Source: an uncultured Planctomycetota bacterium (GTDB lineage Bacteria; Planctomycetota; Planctomycetia; Pirellulales; Lacipirellulaceae). From it: a stretch of 64,000 nt of DNA. Shown here piece after piece: positions 11,087 to 21,382 of this stretch. Position 1 is the stretch's first letter. Each line of letters begins with the position of its first letter. A program made the translations under genes and the position numbers. The stretch is taken from NCBI GenBank assembly GCA_963719315.1, contig CAVRBU010000001.1:256001-320000 (forward strand). Direction: 5' to 3'. The notes below the pieces were generated by a model, which had not been told where the DNA came from, did no database searches, and saw only the letters and a program-made list of their open reading frames with translations.

Positions 11087-11862
11087 TCAATCCTTCAACT
11101 CCGCAAACCGTTGTTCGAGTACTTCGAGTCCCGCTCGCAAGCAGTCAATATCGCCGAATACGCTGAACAATTGACAGCCCAATTCTCGGCAGACGCGCAC
11201 GTGTTCCATATCGCGCAGAGAATTCCCCACGGCTTGCCGGCCTTTTTCGCGCCGGCCGCCACTTTTTTCAGCGCCGCGATACACTTGGGGTGCATGAAAT
11301 CGCCCGGCACGCCGAGTGTCACCGACAAGTCGGCCGGTCCCACGAACAACCAATCGACACCCTCAACGGCCGCGATCTGGTCCACGATTTCAACCGCTTC
11401 AGGCGTCTCGATTTGAATGGATACCCAGCGGTCGCGATTGGCGGCCGCGACATGTTCCGCCAGTCCTGTTTTGCCAAACTGGCACTCGATATTCCCGGTA
11501 AATGTGCCGCGCACACCGATCGGCGGATACTTAGCCCATTGCACCGCTTGTTTGACTTCATCGAGCTTGCGGACCTGCGCGATCATCACGCCGCTGCAGC
11601 CGGCCTCGAAAGGACGCATGATGGTTGCGTAATCGGTCGGAGGCACACGAGCGAACGCATCCATCCCGGTTGCACGGCAGGCCATCAACAACAATTCCAA
11701 TTCGTGGTGCGGAATCGCGGTGTGTTCCTGGTCGAACCAGAAGCCGTGGAAATCCCCCAGCGTGCCTAACAATTCGATCGTCCGTGGCGTCGCGTACCCC
11801 ACGACGTGCATCGTGCGGACGATCTTCCCCGCTGCGAGCAGCTCTTTAATGATGTTTGTCAT
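11087..11862 (-). CDS. HpcH/HpaI aldolase family protein; frameshift near 11215
   Basis: FDQEH, ARVP, QIETPEA, LFVGPADLS. The natural C-terminus (RDMEHVRVCRELGCQLF...) lies in the frame of ORF 11087..11353. Confidence 0.85.
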
Positions 11863-12437
11863 CGACGTGTAGGTCAGACTTTTCAGCCCGACATGTGGTT
11901 TGAGGGCGTCGGGCCAGAAATCCCGACGTAAGGACAACGAAGATGTTGACAGAAGACAGGCGATACCGCAAGCCGATAGGCAGTTTTTATGCGGTAATAG
12001 GCGTGTTAAAGCCCGGCCGTCGGTTTCGACGAGCGGCCAACACCAATCCTCCGCATAAAAAGAGAAGTGCGCTCGCGGGCTCGGGTACAACAATCGTAGT
12101 CAACTCACCCGCGGCAGCGCCAGAAGATATCGCATTTCGCCAGATGACATAGTCCGCTGCGTCGACGAGCCCATTCCCGTTGGCGTCAGCCGCGGGGTTC
12201 GTTGTAGAGCCGAAGTTATTCCGCCACACGGCGTAATCGCTCGACGTTACCGATCCACTGAAATTGAAATCGCCTGCCAGCACCGGAATTCGCACGGCGC
12301 GCTGGATTGTTACCAGATCGCCGTTGTATACAGGCATGCTCTCAAATCCTGTTCCCTGAAATGGCGGATAGTTTGGCAGAAAAGGGATCTGGTCGATGAT
12401 ATTCGTGCCTAATGTGACTTTGCCAAGTACCGTATAG

Positions 12438-13994
12438 CAGCCTGTTGAAGAAGTCTCCTTTGGATAGACTTTCGCTAACGACGGCATGGCGCATAAATTG
12501 TCGCCTGCGGTTGGCGTGGATGCCAGTGTAAGAGCGATTATTGTTTTGCTCAGGCATCCGCAGAGCCGAATTGAGGAGATCACGGATGGCGTTGGGACAC
12601 CGCAACCAAGAGCAGCAGTCGTCCTTCTGGATCCCGGTGGACCAGTTGCCGCGGTCGGAAGGGCAAGTGTTTTACGGCAAGCTCAATCAATTGCTGCGAG
12701 CAGCCGGCTTCGACGAGTTCGTCGAAAGGCTCTGTGAGCCGTACTATCACGAAACGATGGGGCGGCCCGGCATTCCGCCGGGCGTCTACTTCCGGATGCT
12801 GTTGGTGGGCTACTTCGAGGGCCTCGGCTCGCAGCGGGGCATCGCCTGGCGGTGTGCCGACAGTCTCAGCTTGCGAGAATTTCTGGGCGTCCCGCTCGGC
12901 GAAGAGACGCCTGACCATTCGAGCCTGACGCGGGTCCGCGACCGACTGCCGTTGTCGGTTCATCGGCAAGTATTCTGCTTCGTGCTCGAGGTGGCTGAGC
13001 AGCAAGGCCTGCTCGCCGGCAAGACGGTGGGCGTCGACGCCACGACCCTGGAGGCCGACGCGGCCATGAAGAGCATCGTCAGGCGCGACACGGGCGAGGA
13101 CTGGCAGGAGTATGTTCGGCGTCTGATGCAGGAAGCAGGCCAGATCGAGCCGGGCGACGAACCCTCAGCCGAGGAGATTGCTCGGTTCGATCGCCAGCGC
13201 AAGGACAAAAAGGTCTCGAACCAAGAATGGCAGAGCGAAACCGACCCAGACAGCCGGATCACCCGGATGAAGGACGGCCGCACGCATCTGGCCTACAAGG
13301 CCGAACACGTCGTCGATCTGGACACGGAGCTGATCCTGGCGGCCGAGATCTATCACGCCAACGCGGCCGACGTGGACACGATCGGCCCGAGCCTCAGCCA
13401 AGCGCAAGACAACTTGATTCAAGCCGACAGCGACGCGGACATCGAGGAGACGGTGGCGGACAAAGGCTACTCGGGGAACGAGACGCTGGCCGAATTGGAA
13501 TTCACCGAGGGTCTACGAACGTACATCGCCGAACCACAGCACGCGCATCGTCGCAATTGGAAAAACAAAGCGGACGAAGAGCGTCGGGCGGTGACGGGCA
13601 ACCGCCGCCGGGTCAAAGGAAAGCGAGGACGTGCTCTACAGCGCGAGAGGAGTGAGAAGGTCGAGCGGAGTTTCGCCCACGTCTGCGAGACGGGCGGCAG
13701 TCGGCGAACGTGGCTGCATGGTATCGAGAAAGTGAGAAAGCGATACCTGACGTCGGCCATGGCACGCAATCTGGGCCTCGTCCTGCGCCACTTGTTCGGA
13801 ATCGGCACGGCCAGGAGCCTGCAAGGGAACGGCGGGCTTGCCGACGCCTTGCATGTTGTGTTGTTTAACACCCTGGCCGCGCTGGAGCGTCTGCTGACGC
13901 CCACGCCGCCGACCGGCCGACAAAAATCAACCATCAACCAACCGCTCGCGTTGGCTGCCTAAAATCACCAAATACCAACTTCTTCAACAGGCTG
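12438..13994 (+). mobile_element. IS1182-family insertion sequence, 1557 bp
   Basis: Perfect 17-bp terminal IRs CAGCCTGTTGAAGAAGT; 4-bp target duplication ATAG (12434-12437 and 13995-13998). Confidence 0.92.
12586..13962 (+). CDS. IS1182-family DDE transposase
   Basis: GAGGAG RBS; GRPGIPPGVYFRML, TPDHSSL, VDATTLEADA, TDPDSRI, VADKGY, VERSFA. Confidence 0.92.
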   Translation: MALGHRNQEQQSSFWIPVDQLPRSEGQVFYGKLNQLLRAAGFDEFVERLCEPYYHETMGRPGIPPGVYFRMLLVGYFEGLGSQRGIAWRCADSLSLREFLGVPLGEETPDHSSLTRVRDRLPLSVHRQVFCFVLEVAEQQGLLAGKTVGVDATTLEADAAMKSIVRRDTGEDWQEYVRRLMQEAGQIEPGDEPSAEEIARFDRQRKDKKVSNQEWQSETDPDSRITRMKDGRTHLAYKAEHVVDLDTELILAAEIYHANAADVDTIGPSLSQAQDNLIQADSDADIEETVADKGYSGNETLAELEFTEGLRTYIAEPQHAHRRNWKNKADEERRAVTGNRRRVKGKRGRALQRERSEKVERSFAHVCETGGSRRTWLHGIEKVRKRYLTSAMARNLGLVLRHLFGIGTARSLQGNGGLADALHVVLFNTLAALERLLTPTPPTGRQKSTINQPLALAA

Positions 13995-14110
13995 ATAGGG
14001 ACCTGCATCGAACGCGGCGGCATTATTGGTTTGATTGATAAACCAACCGCTCGTCGCACTGTTGGGATTGGACGTGCGCGCGGCAGCTAACGTTCGAGGT
14101 GATTTATTCT

Positions 14111-14276
14111 GGTGATTTCAAACTTCAAATGCAACAAACGCATCACCGCTGATTTCAAGTGGTTTTCGAGTGCTGGCGATGATTCCCCGAGAATTCCAGA
14201 TTCAAATTGCTAGCAGCCTCGAAAATCAACCGACGAATCAGCCTCCAAGGTGTTGCAATTGAAGTTCGACATCACC
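14111..14276. mobile_element. 166-bp MITE (type A)
   Basis: 26-bp terminal IRs matching 23/26 (GGTGATTTCAAACTTCAAATGCAACA vs GGTGATGTCGAACTTCAATTGCAACA); TTCT on both flanks; internal long imperfect palindrome. Confidence 0.75.
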
Positions 14277-14396
14277 TTCTGAATTACTTCCTCAGAACCA
14301 GATTAGCGGGCCGGCAAGAATTTGTCGAATGATTGCTTGTGAGTCAATTAAACACTGCGATATTAGTCGATCCATCCGACGGAAGTTTGCCGAGGA

Positions 14397-16118
14397 TCAA
14401 ACCTGTCCACGTATTGTCGCACGTCGGCTTCGTCGCGCCGCGAGTGGCAATGCACCGTAGAGAAGGAGTATGGCACTCCCCGGCTCCGGTACAGTGCGCG
14501 ACGCCAAACTGCTTCCCGAGCCGGCGCCGCTTGTGTTGCCTCGCAGGTTGCCAAAATTGGCGCGCCAGAGGTTGTAGTCCAACGCATCTATTTTGCCATC
14601 GCCGTTGCCGTCGGCGCCAGAGTAAGGCGTGACGTTGTTGAGCCCGTTGGTTTTCCGCCACACGACGTAGTCCGCCGTGTCCACGACGCCGTTGCGATTG
14701 AAATCGGCCGCTACCACGCTGAGCGTGAAAGCCGTCGATGTCTTGCTGACGTTCCAGACATCACCTGCCGGCAGCAGCGGTAGATCGTAAGATCCAAACG
14801 TGCCGATGATCGAAGAGGCGGTCAGAACCGTAAATGAATTTCCGGCAGCTGGTACAAAACCGGTTAATAACGACACGCTGAGCTGGCCATCCAAGAAGGC
14901 CGTGCCGGTGGCGATGAGGCGGTCGTATTGCGTGTCCGCATATTGCTGCCCCGCCGGCGTGGCTGATGCGATCTGGATCTCCAGCGCGCCATCGAAGTAT
15001 TGCTTATAGTCCGATTGAACCGTGGCCGACCCAACCTGCAGGCCGGGCGCAACCGTTCCGTGATTAAACAGTGCGCGGTTGAGCGCGAAGCCTTCGCGAA
15101 TCCCGAGTCTCCTCCCAGACCCAATCGTCAGCATGCCGGTCGTCGGTGTGCTGGCGCCAGTGAAAACTGTGCCTGTATCAATGAACGCGTCTCGCGAGGT
15201 GAACGCGATCCCGGCTATCGGCACAGTGGTCGTTAAACCGCTGCCCAAATAATCGACTTGAGTCGCTTTCTCGAGCACGACCAAAATATCGTTAGAACCC
15301 CCGTGAAGAAACGGAACTCCGTCGGTCACATTGCCGTTTGCGTCCTCATCAAAAAAAAACGGACCTCCATCGCGAAACCCATCATCGTCTACGTCCGGAT
15401 TCAGGTTGGCAATCGAAAGCGTGTTGAACGCATTGAATAGCGTCATGCCATCCCCAGCAACCTCGCCAAAGACAGTGAATCCGCCATCAACACTATCCAA
15501 GTTGGTGTTATCTGCCAGGTTTACGAACCACTGGTTCGACGCGCTATTTGGCTGGCCGCCGATTCGCGCCATCGCAATCGTGCCGGTGAGATTCGAGCGT
15601 ATGGGCGCCTGATTATGTTCATTCACGACTGTTGGATTAGCAGTCGCGAGGTTTCCATCCAGGTCGATCACGGCATTTGGATCGAGCGACACATTGAGGG
15701 GCGCTAACTCCTGCACAAAGTTCGGCCAAAACCCGCCACCTTGAAGGACGAAGTTTCTCGAAAGCCGATGCATGATCGATCCATTGTAGTTGCCGTGCGT
15801 GACCGTGTTGTTGACGTAGTTCAAGAAATTGGCCGTCGTGAGCGGCTTGTCGTCGAAGAGCTCAAGAAACACCGTATCACGAGCGCGGGGATTCAGAGTC
15901 AGATTGTAATCCAACATTACGTACTGACTGGCGGTCGCCCGCGTCGAAACCAGGCAGGCTAGAACCGTGATTGCGACGGTGAGAGTCAGCGCTCGCCCTG
16001 CACACCCACAAAACAAGTAGCCAGCGGGCTTGGGTGGCCGACAATCTGAAAAACTCTTCTCGGCGGACGCTCTCGGCACCAAGGAATAGGCGCAAAACTG
16101 CCTCAAAAACATGCCCAT
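14397..16118 (-). CDS. Secreted cyclophilin-type peptidyl-prolyl isomerase with beta-rich linker, dockerin-like Ca-binding repeats and PEP-CTERM anchor
   Basis: MHRLSRNFVLQGGG, GTIAMAR, SASNQWFVNL, GFTVFGEV; ADFNRNGVVDTADYVVWR and ADGNGDGKIDALDYNLWR; VPEPGS + TM + RRSRR. The start codon is uncertain. Confidence 0.88.
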   Translation of the reverse strand: MGMFLRQFCAYSLVPRASAEKSFSDCRPPKPAGYLFCGCAGRALTLTVAITVLACLVSTRATASQYVMLDYNLTLNPRARDTVFLELFDDKPLTTANFLNYVNNTVTHGNYNGSIMHRLSRNFVLQGGGFWPNFVQELAPLNVSLDPNAVIDLDGNLATANPTVVNEHNQAPIRSNLTGTIAMARIGGQPNSASNQWFVNLADNTNLDSVDGGFTVFGEVAGDGMTLFNAFNTLSIANLNPDVDDDGFRDGGPFFFDEDANGNVTDGVPFLHGGSNDILVVLEKATQVDYLGSGLTTTVPIAGIAFTSRDAFIDTGTVFTGASTPTTGMLTIGSGRRLGIREGFALNRALFNHGTVAPGLQVGSATVQSDYKQYFDGALEIQIASATPAGQQYADTQYDRLIATGTAFLDGQLSVSLLTGFVPAAGNSFTVLTASSIIGTFGSYDLPLLPAGDVWNVSKTSTAFTLSVVAADFNRNGVVDTADYVVWRKTNGLNNVTPYSGADGNGDGKIDALDYNLWRANFGNLRGNTSGAGSGSSLASRTVPEPGSAILLLYGALPLAARRSRRATIRGQV

Positions 16119-16331
16119 AGTCGTCTGTTCCTCGCGGCGGCGCAGATTGCGAAGTTCTGGCTGCGGCCCGCCAATGGCCTCGATCCTTTCAGCCTACTCG
16201 CGGCTTACAAAACTGTCCAATAAACCCCTCCCGTCAGAGTCGGTTTATTCGTTAGAATAGGCCGTTTTCCACAATCAATACGCCGCAGCCCGCCGCCAGA
16301 CAGTCTGCGTATCGAAACGCCCAGGTGAACC

Positions 16332-17645
16332 ATGAACGCTGCTTTCCCCGAGGTTGAACGTATCCGCTACGAAGGCCCCAAATCCACAAACCCGCTGGCC
16401 TTCCACCACTACAACGCGGACGAAAGAGTCGGCGGCAAAACGATGAAGGACCATTTGCGGTTCAGCGTCGTTTACTGGCACACGTTTCGTGGAACCGGCG
16501 CCGACCCGTTCGGCCCGGGTTGCGCCGTGCGGCCCTGGGAAGACGGCACGGACTCGGTCGAGAACGCCCAGAACCGAGCCCGGGTAGCGTTCGAGTTCAT
16601 GGAGAAACTCGGCAACCCGTTTTACGCGTTCCACGATCGCGACGTCGCCCCGGAAGGTTCAAATCTCGCCGAAACGAATCGCAACCTCGATGCCGTGGTG
16701 AAAGTGCTCAAAGCAGAGCAGAAGCGAACCGGTATCAATCTACTGTGGGGCACCGCCAATCTTTTCAGCAATCGCCGGTACATGCACGGGGCCGCGACTA
16801 GTCCGAATTGCGAGGCATTTGCGTTCGCCGCCGCCCAAGTGAAGAAAGCTCTCGAAGTGACCAAGGAGCTCGGCGGTGGTGGCTACACGTTTTGGGGCGG
16901 CCGCGAAGGCTACCACAATTTGTGGAACACCAACATGAAGCGCGAGCTCGAGCATCTCGCGCGGTTCCTCCACATGGCGGTCGACTACGCCAAAGAGATT
17001 GGCTTCACCGGCCAGTTCTACATCGAGCCCAAGCCGAAGGAACCCACCAAGCACCAATACGACGCCGACGCCGCGGCCTGCGCCAATTTTCTCCGAGAGT
17101 ATGATCTCATCGACCACTTGAAGTTGAACTTAGAAACAAACCACGCCACACTCGCCGGCCACTCGATGCAGCACGAAATGGAAGTTGCCGGCAGCTCCGG
17201 CATCTTGGGCTCGATCGATGCCAACACGGGCGACATGCTCCTCGGCTGGGACACCGACCAGTTCCCGACCGACATCTATCTCACCACGCAGTGCATGTAC
17301 ACGCTGCTTAAGTACGGCGGCTTCACCACCGGCGGCGTCAACTTCGACGCCAAGGTCCGCCGTGAAAGCTTCGAGCCGGTCGACCTGTTCCACGCCCACA
17401 TCGGCGGCATGGACGCCTTCGCCCGCGGCCTCAAAATCGCCCACGAAATGCGCGAGGAAGGCAAACTCGAAGAACTACTCCGCGACCGCTACTCAAGCTG
17501 GGACACCGGCCTCGGCAAGGAAATCGAGTCCGGCAAGCACAGCTTCAAGTCGCTCGAAAAGATCATGCTCGAAAAAGGCGACGCAACCCCGAACCGCAGC
17601 GGGCGGCAGGAGATGATTGAGAATCTGATTAATACGTATTTGTAG
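16332..17645 (+). CDS. xylA: Xylose isomerase (class II)
   Basis: [56 protein letters not shown]. Confidence 0.97.
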   Translation: MNAAFPEVERIRYEGPKSTNPLAFHHYNADERVGGKTMKDHLRFSVVYWHTFRGTGADPFGPGCAVRPWEDGTDSVENAQNRARVAFEFMEKLGNPFYAFHDRDVAPEGSNLAETNRNLDAVVKVLKAEQKRTGINLLWGTANLFSNRRYMHGAATSPNCEAFAFAAAQVKKALEVTKELGGGGYTFWGGREGYHNLWNTNMKRELEHLARFLHMAVDYAKEIGFTGQFYIEPKPKEPTKHQYDADAAACANFLREYDLIDHLKLNLETNHATLAGHSMQHEMEVAGSSGILGSIDANTGDMLLGWDTDQFPTDIYLTTQCMYTLLKYGGFTTGGVNFDAKVRRESFEPVDLFHAHIGGMDAFARGLKIAHEMREEGKLEELLRDRYSSWDTGLGKEIESGKHSFKSLEKIMLEKGDATPNRSGRQEMIENLINTYL

Positions 17646-17670
17646 GACGGACAGGATTGTCCGTCTTACA
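17641..17670. repeat. GTAG-type REP-like hairpin between convergent genes (possible terminator)
   Basis: TGTAGGACGGACA-GGAT-TGTCCGTCTTACA, overlapping the xylA stop. Confidence 0.65.
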
Positions 17671-17680
17671 AGTTGTGCCC

Positions 17681-18457
17681 TTACGCCGCTGCGGAAAGTG
17701 CGCTTGGCTGGGCCGCACTCGCCTTTCGAACAACAGCTATAAGCGATAACCCGAACGGAATCGGAATGCGCCCTAACACGTTCGCTTCGCTTCGCATGAC
17801 TTGAGCGAGGAGATCGTTGATCCATCGCGGTGGAATCGATAAGTCACCGGTTTTGCCGCACCGCGGAACGAACTTGCTCGCCAGTCGCACTGCCGCCGCG
17901 GGCGGGAACAAGAGCGCATTGTAGTGGCTTAACAAAACGGTTCGAGCGCCGGCGTTTTTCCACAAGTCGGCAAACCGCGGTTTACCGTAGCGGCGGAAGT
18001 GGTGGTGATGCGCGTCGCGCGGCGAGTAGAGCCATTGGTACGCGGGCACGGTCGCGACGACGACGCCGCCGGATCGCAATAGACTCAGAGCAATCTGTGC
18101 CGACGCCGCATCTTCTTCGATGTGCTCTAGCACGTCGGTCAGGAGCACAACATCGAAACTAGCCGGCGGCAAGTCGATCTCATAAGGCAGTTGGCCGAAG
18201 CGTACCCGGTCACCTAACGTCTCCCGTGCGTATGCCAGCGCCTGCGGCGAACATTCGACGCCGACGACATCGTGCTTCTCTGCGACAGCAGCAAGATTGC
18301 CGCCCGTGCCGCAGCCGAGCTCGCAAATTTTCAGCCGCCGGCCGGGCTCACCGCCGATATAGCGCTGCACCATCGACCACACGATTTTTCGCCGCGCGCG
18401 AAACCACCAATGGGTTTGTTCAACGCGATGCAGTTCGTCGTAGAGAGTTTCTTCCAC
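17681..18457 (-). CDS. Class I SAM-dependent methyltransferase
   Basis: HWWFRARR, ELGCGTGGN, DVLEHIEED, TVPAYQWL, HFRRY. Confidence 0.9.
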   Translation of the reverse strand: MEETLYDELHRVEQTHWWFRARRKIVWSMVQRYIGGEPGRRLKICELGCGTGGNLAAVAEKHDVVGVECSPQALAYARETLGDRVRFGQLPYEIDLPPASFDVVLLTDVLEHIEEDAASAQIALSLLRSGGVVVATVPAYQWLYSPRDAHHHHFRRYGKPRFADLWKNAGARTVLLSHYNALLFPPAAAVRLASKFVPRCGKTGDLSIPPRWINDLLAQVMRSEANVLGRIPIPFGLSLIAVVRKASAAQPSALSAAA

Positions 18458-18459
18458 GG

Positions 18460-19332
18460 TCAGGCTGCGTCTCGATGTTGGATGTTGGATCTTGGATGCT
18501 CAAAGAGCTGTGGTACGTCGCTTGTCGGCTTAGCGCCCTGCCGCATATAGCGCCAGTAAATCGCCGCCAGATCGATCGCCGCCACGAGAAAATCGCGGGC
18601 CTTGAGTCGTGACCCGCCCACGTCCTGCCAGCGATCGAGCGGAGACTCGTAGATCCGTTCGTGGACTGGAATCGTGTTTGACGACACTTCGCTGTTCGCG
18701 ATCATCCGGGCTAGTATCTCCACATCGAATATCCATCGCGCGCCGAACGGTTGCGAAAACAACTCGGCCGTTTCCGATGTCGCACGAAACAATTTGGCGC
18801 CACATTGCGAGTCGTATACAGGCAGCCGCAAGACCATCGATGCGGCCGTAGCGAATGCGCGGCCCAAAATGTGCCGCGTTGTGTTCCGCCGAATCTGACG
18901 ACCCAAGAGCGCAACTCGGCTTCCCATCACGAGCGAGAGTTCCGGCCGGGCACGCAGGACATCGCAAAACTGCGGAATCACGTTCAGCGGCGTCGCCAGG
19001 TCCGCGTCCCAATATCCGACAAATTCAGGTCGCCGCCGCAGCGCGAATTGCACACCACGTCTCACGGTTTCGGCCTTTCCCACGTTCGCCGCCAATCGAA
19101 GCGCACATATCTGTTTCGGGTGGCGCTGCCGCAATCGCTCCGTTACGAGGGGCGTATCATCCGTGCTCCCGTCGTCGACAAAATACAGCGAGACACTTTT
19201 GCAGCCGTCGAGAAACTCATTGAATGCCTCCACATCCAGTCGTTTCGCCTCGTTGAAACAAGGCACGACGACGATGGCGTCTTGTCGGCGGTTTGAATCG
19301 ATCGAGTGAATCATTGCAACGGATAGAGTCAT
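18460..19332 (-). CDS. GT2 polyprenyl-phosphate glycosyltransferase (dolichyl-phosphate beta-glucosyltransferase-like)
   Basis: VVPCFNEAKRL, VDDGSTD, GKAETVRRG, WDADLATP, DSQCGAKLF, WIFDVEIL; start at 19332 or 19314. Confidence 0.88.
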   Translation of the reverse strand: MTLSVAMIHSIDSNRRQDAIVVVPCFNEAKRLDVEAFNEFLDGCKSVSLYFVDDGSTDDTPLVTERLRQRHPKQICALRLAANVGKAETVRRGVQFALRRRPEFVGYWDADLATPLNVIPQFCDVLRARPELSLVMGSRVALLGRQIRRNTTRHILGRAFATAASMVLRLPVYDSQCGAKLFRATSETAELFSQPFGARWIFDVEILARMIANSEVSSNTIPVHERIYESPLDRWQDVGGSRLKARDFLVAAIDLAAIYWRYMRQGAKPTSDVPQLFEHPRSNIQHRDAA

Positions 19333-19565
19333 AGCAGCGGGCGGCCCGCCTGCCGCAATTTCAAGCGTTGAGCCACATATTGTCACGTAATCGTGAGGTG
19401 AGGCGATCACGCAAACCATACGCACCCTCGCTGCTGGCTGCAACGTCGTTGCGCGCAGCACGCGATGCAAGCATCCGTTGACCTTGTTTTTTTTGAGCCT
19501 CTCGGCTAACTTTCCGCACTCGCCCTGCCCTCCCGTTTCGACATCCGCCTGGCAGACCTGCTCCA

Positions 19566-21377
19566 ATGCGTGCCAACGTCGTTGCCCACGCTCCTGCCCG
19601 CGCAGAATTCGTATTGCCGCAAGACCTATCACGGCTTGATTGGCTTGCCCTTGCATTCTTGACGCTTTTCGTCGCCCTCACCTACGGAGCGCGACTCGAC
19701 CTGCAACCGCTCGTGGGTGAGGAAACTCGCTGGGCTACCAGCGCTCAGGAAATGCTCGGGACCGGCGACTGGATCGTGCCGCGGCAACAGGGGCAGGTGT
19801 TTCCCGAACGCCCGCCGATGACGATGTGGTTGATGGCCGTGGCCGGCTCATTGCGTGGCGAAGTTGATCCAATTGCCATCCGATTGCCGAGCGTTTGCGC
19901 GGTGGTTCTAACTTCGCTGCTGATCTATGTTTATGCACGACTCTTGTTGTCGCGCTTTGCCGCCATTGTCGCCGCGCTCGTCTATCCTACGTTCGGGCAG
20001 GTTCTGCAAATCGGCCGGTTGGGTGAATCGGAAGCCGTATTCACGTTTTTCGTGTGCGCATCGCTTTTGCTCTGGCATCTGGGTTACATCCGCGGTTGGC
20101 GGCCACTTGCGGTGTGGTCGATCGGTTTCGCGTTCATGGCACTCGCAGCGCTCGTGAAGGGACCGCAGGCGCCGGTGTACTTCGGGGCGATCATTGGCGC
20201 TTATTTATTGGTAAGGCGGGATTGGCGATATTTGCTGAGTTGGCAGACAGCCGCCGGAGCGCTGGCGTTTCTCGCGATTGTGGCCGCCTGGCAGATTCCG
20301 TTTTATCGGGCGACGGATTGGGAATCCGTGGTCGCCACGTGGGCCGGTCTGGCCGGCGACCGCATCCATCTCAGGGGAGTGCTTTCTCATGCCGTTACCT
20401 ACCCGGTCGAAACTTTTGTGTGTCTATTGCCATGGTCGCCCATGTTGGTTGCACTTGGCAGGCGCGGCACGCGCGAAATGTTGAACGATAAACAGCGCGT
20501 GGTCACCTTTCTACTGACGGCAATAGTGGTCGCCTATCCGACGGTGTGGTTGGCAGCCGGCGCGCGAGGCCGCTACTTCATGCCGCTTTATCCGATCGTG
20601 GCCATCTTGGTCGGATTACTCATTGAGCGATGCTCGGCCGCGGTTTGCGGTAGCTCGCAGCGCCGCGGGTGGCATCAATTCGTCCTGGCTTGGGCTCTCG
20701 TCATCGGTATGGGGGGCTTCGCGATCGGAATCAGCGGCCTGCTACCCGGCGATCTCAATCAGTCGCTCTACCAGCCTCGTTGGTTCTGCATCCTGTTTGC
20801 GGTCGTCGCCGCCTCGGCCGCTTTTGCGCTCGGGAATAATTATCGTCGGCCAACCGCCATTGCGCCACTGTGCGCCGTGCTCGCGATCGCCGCAACGGCA
20901 GCAGTGGGGGCCGCTGGAATCCTTGTAAATGTCCATTCCGCTCGGTGGAACGATCCGACCGCAACCGTGGCGGATATCAAGAAGCTGCTTCCCGAGGGCA
21001 CGCGCCTCGTGAGCTTGACTCCGATCGATCATCGCTTCACCTATTACTATCGCACGCCGATCGCCGAACTTGAGTGGCCGACTGCGCTGCGAGATTTGCC
21101 GCCGAACGTTGATTACTTCTGTTTCATGCGCCATCCGCACGATATGGACGAGACTCGCAGGGCGGGCCGCGGACGCACTTGGTACACGACGCCCGGCACG
21201 CTTCCATTCGCCTGGGAAGAATTGAAAGCCGTTAGCGTCGATCGCCAAATTGATACCGAATCCGCGACGATCGTGGTCATTGGGCGGGTCGTGCGACCAT
21301 TGCGGGCCGAGTTGTCCGACGCGACCGTTCCTCATCGCTCGACGGCACAACGGCCGACTTCAACGCTGCGCGAGTAA
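19566..21377 (+). CDS. ArnT-like GT39 integral membrane glycosyltransferase
   Basis: EETRWATSAQEMLGTGDWIVP, ERPP, AIRLPS, LVKGPQAP, RYFMPLYP; many TM helices. Confidence 0.88.
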   Translation: MRANVVAHAPARAEFVLPQDLSRLDWLALAFLTLFVALTYGARLDLQPLVGEETRWATSAQEMLGTGDWIVPRQQGQVFPERPPMTMWLMAVAGSLRGEVDPIAIRLPSVCAVVLTSLLIYVYARLLLSRFAAIVAALVYPTFGQVLQIGRLGESEAVFTFFVCASLLLWHLGYIRGWRPLAVWSIGFAFMALAALVKGPQAPVYFGAIIGAYLLVRRDWRYLLSWQTAAGALAFLAIVAAWQIPFYRATDWESVVATWAGLAGDRIHLRGVLSHAVTYPVETFVCLLPWSPMLVALGRRGTREMLNDKQRVVTFLLTAIVVAYPTVWLAAGARGRYFMPLYPIVAILVGLLIERCSAAVCGSSQRRGWHQFVLAWALVIGMGGFAIGISGLLPGDLNQSLYQPRWFCILFAVVAASAAFALGNNYRRPTAIAPLCAVLAIAATAAVGAAGILVNVHSARWNDPTATVADIKKLLPEGTRLVSLTPIDHRFTYYYRTPIAELEWPTALRDLPPNVDYFCFMRHPHDMDETRRAGRGRTWYTTPGTLPFAWEELKAVSVDRQIDTESATIVVIGRVVRPLRAELSDATVPHRSTAQRPTSTLRE

Positions 21378-21382
21378 CGATC

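Larger units (their letters stand above)
11987..14110 (-). pseudogene. Second cyclophilin-PEP-CTERM gene: interrupted by IS1182, 5' half missing
   Basis: Removing the IS and one ATAG gives an open frame PRTLAAARTSNPNSATSGWFINQTNNAAAFDAGPYTVLGKV...GDFNFSGSVTSSDYAVWRNNFG...VPEPASALLFLCGGLVLAARRNRR. There is no N-terminal cyclophilin half upstream. Confidence 0.8.

Noticed and set aside
11863..12093. N-terminal extensions given by the ORF track for the aldolase (and for ORFs 7155-8729, 18460-19656 and 11987-12583)
   Set aside because: They overlap other genes, repeats or the IS; downstream starts fit the family N-termini better.
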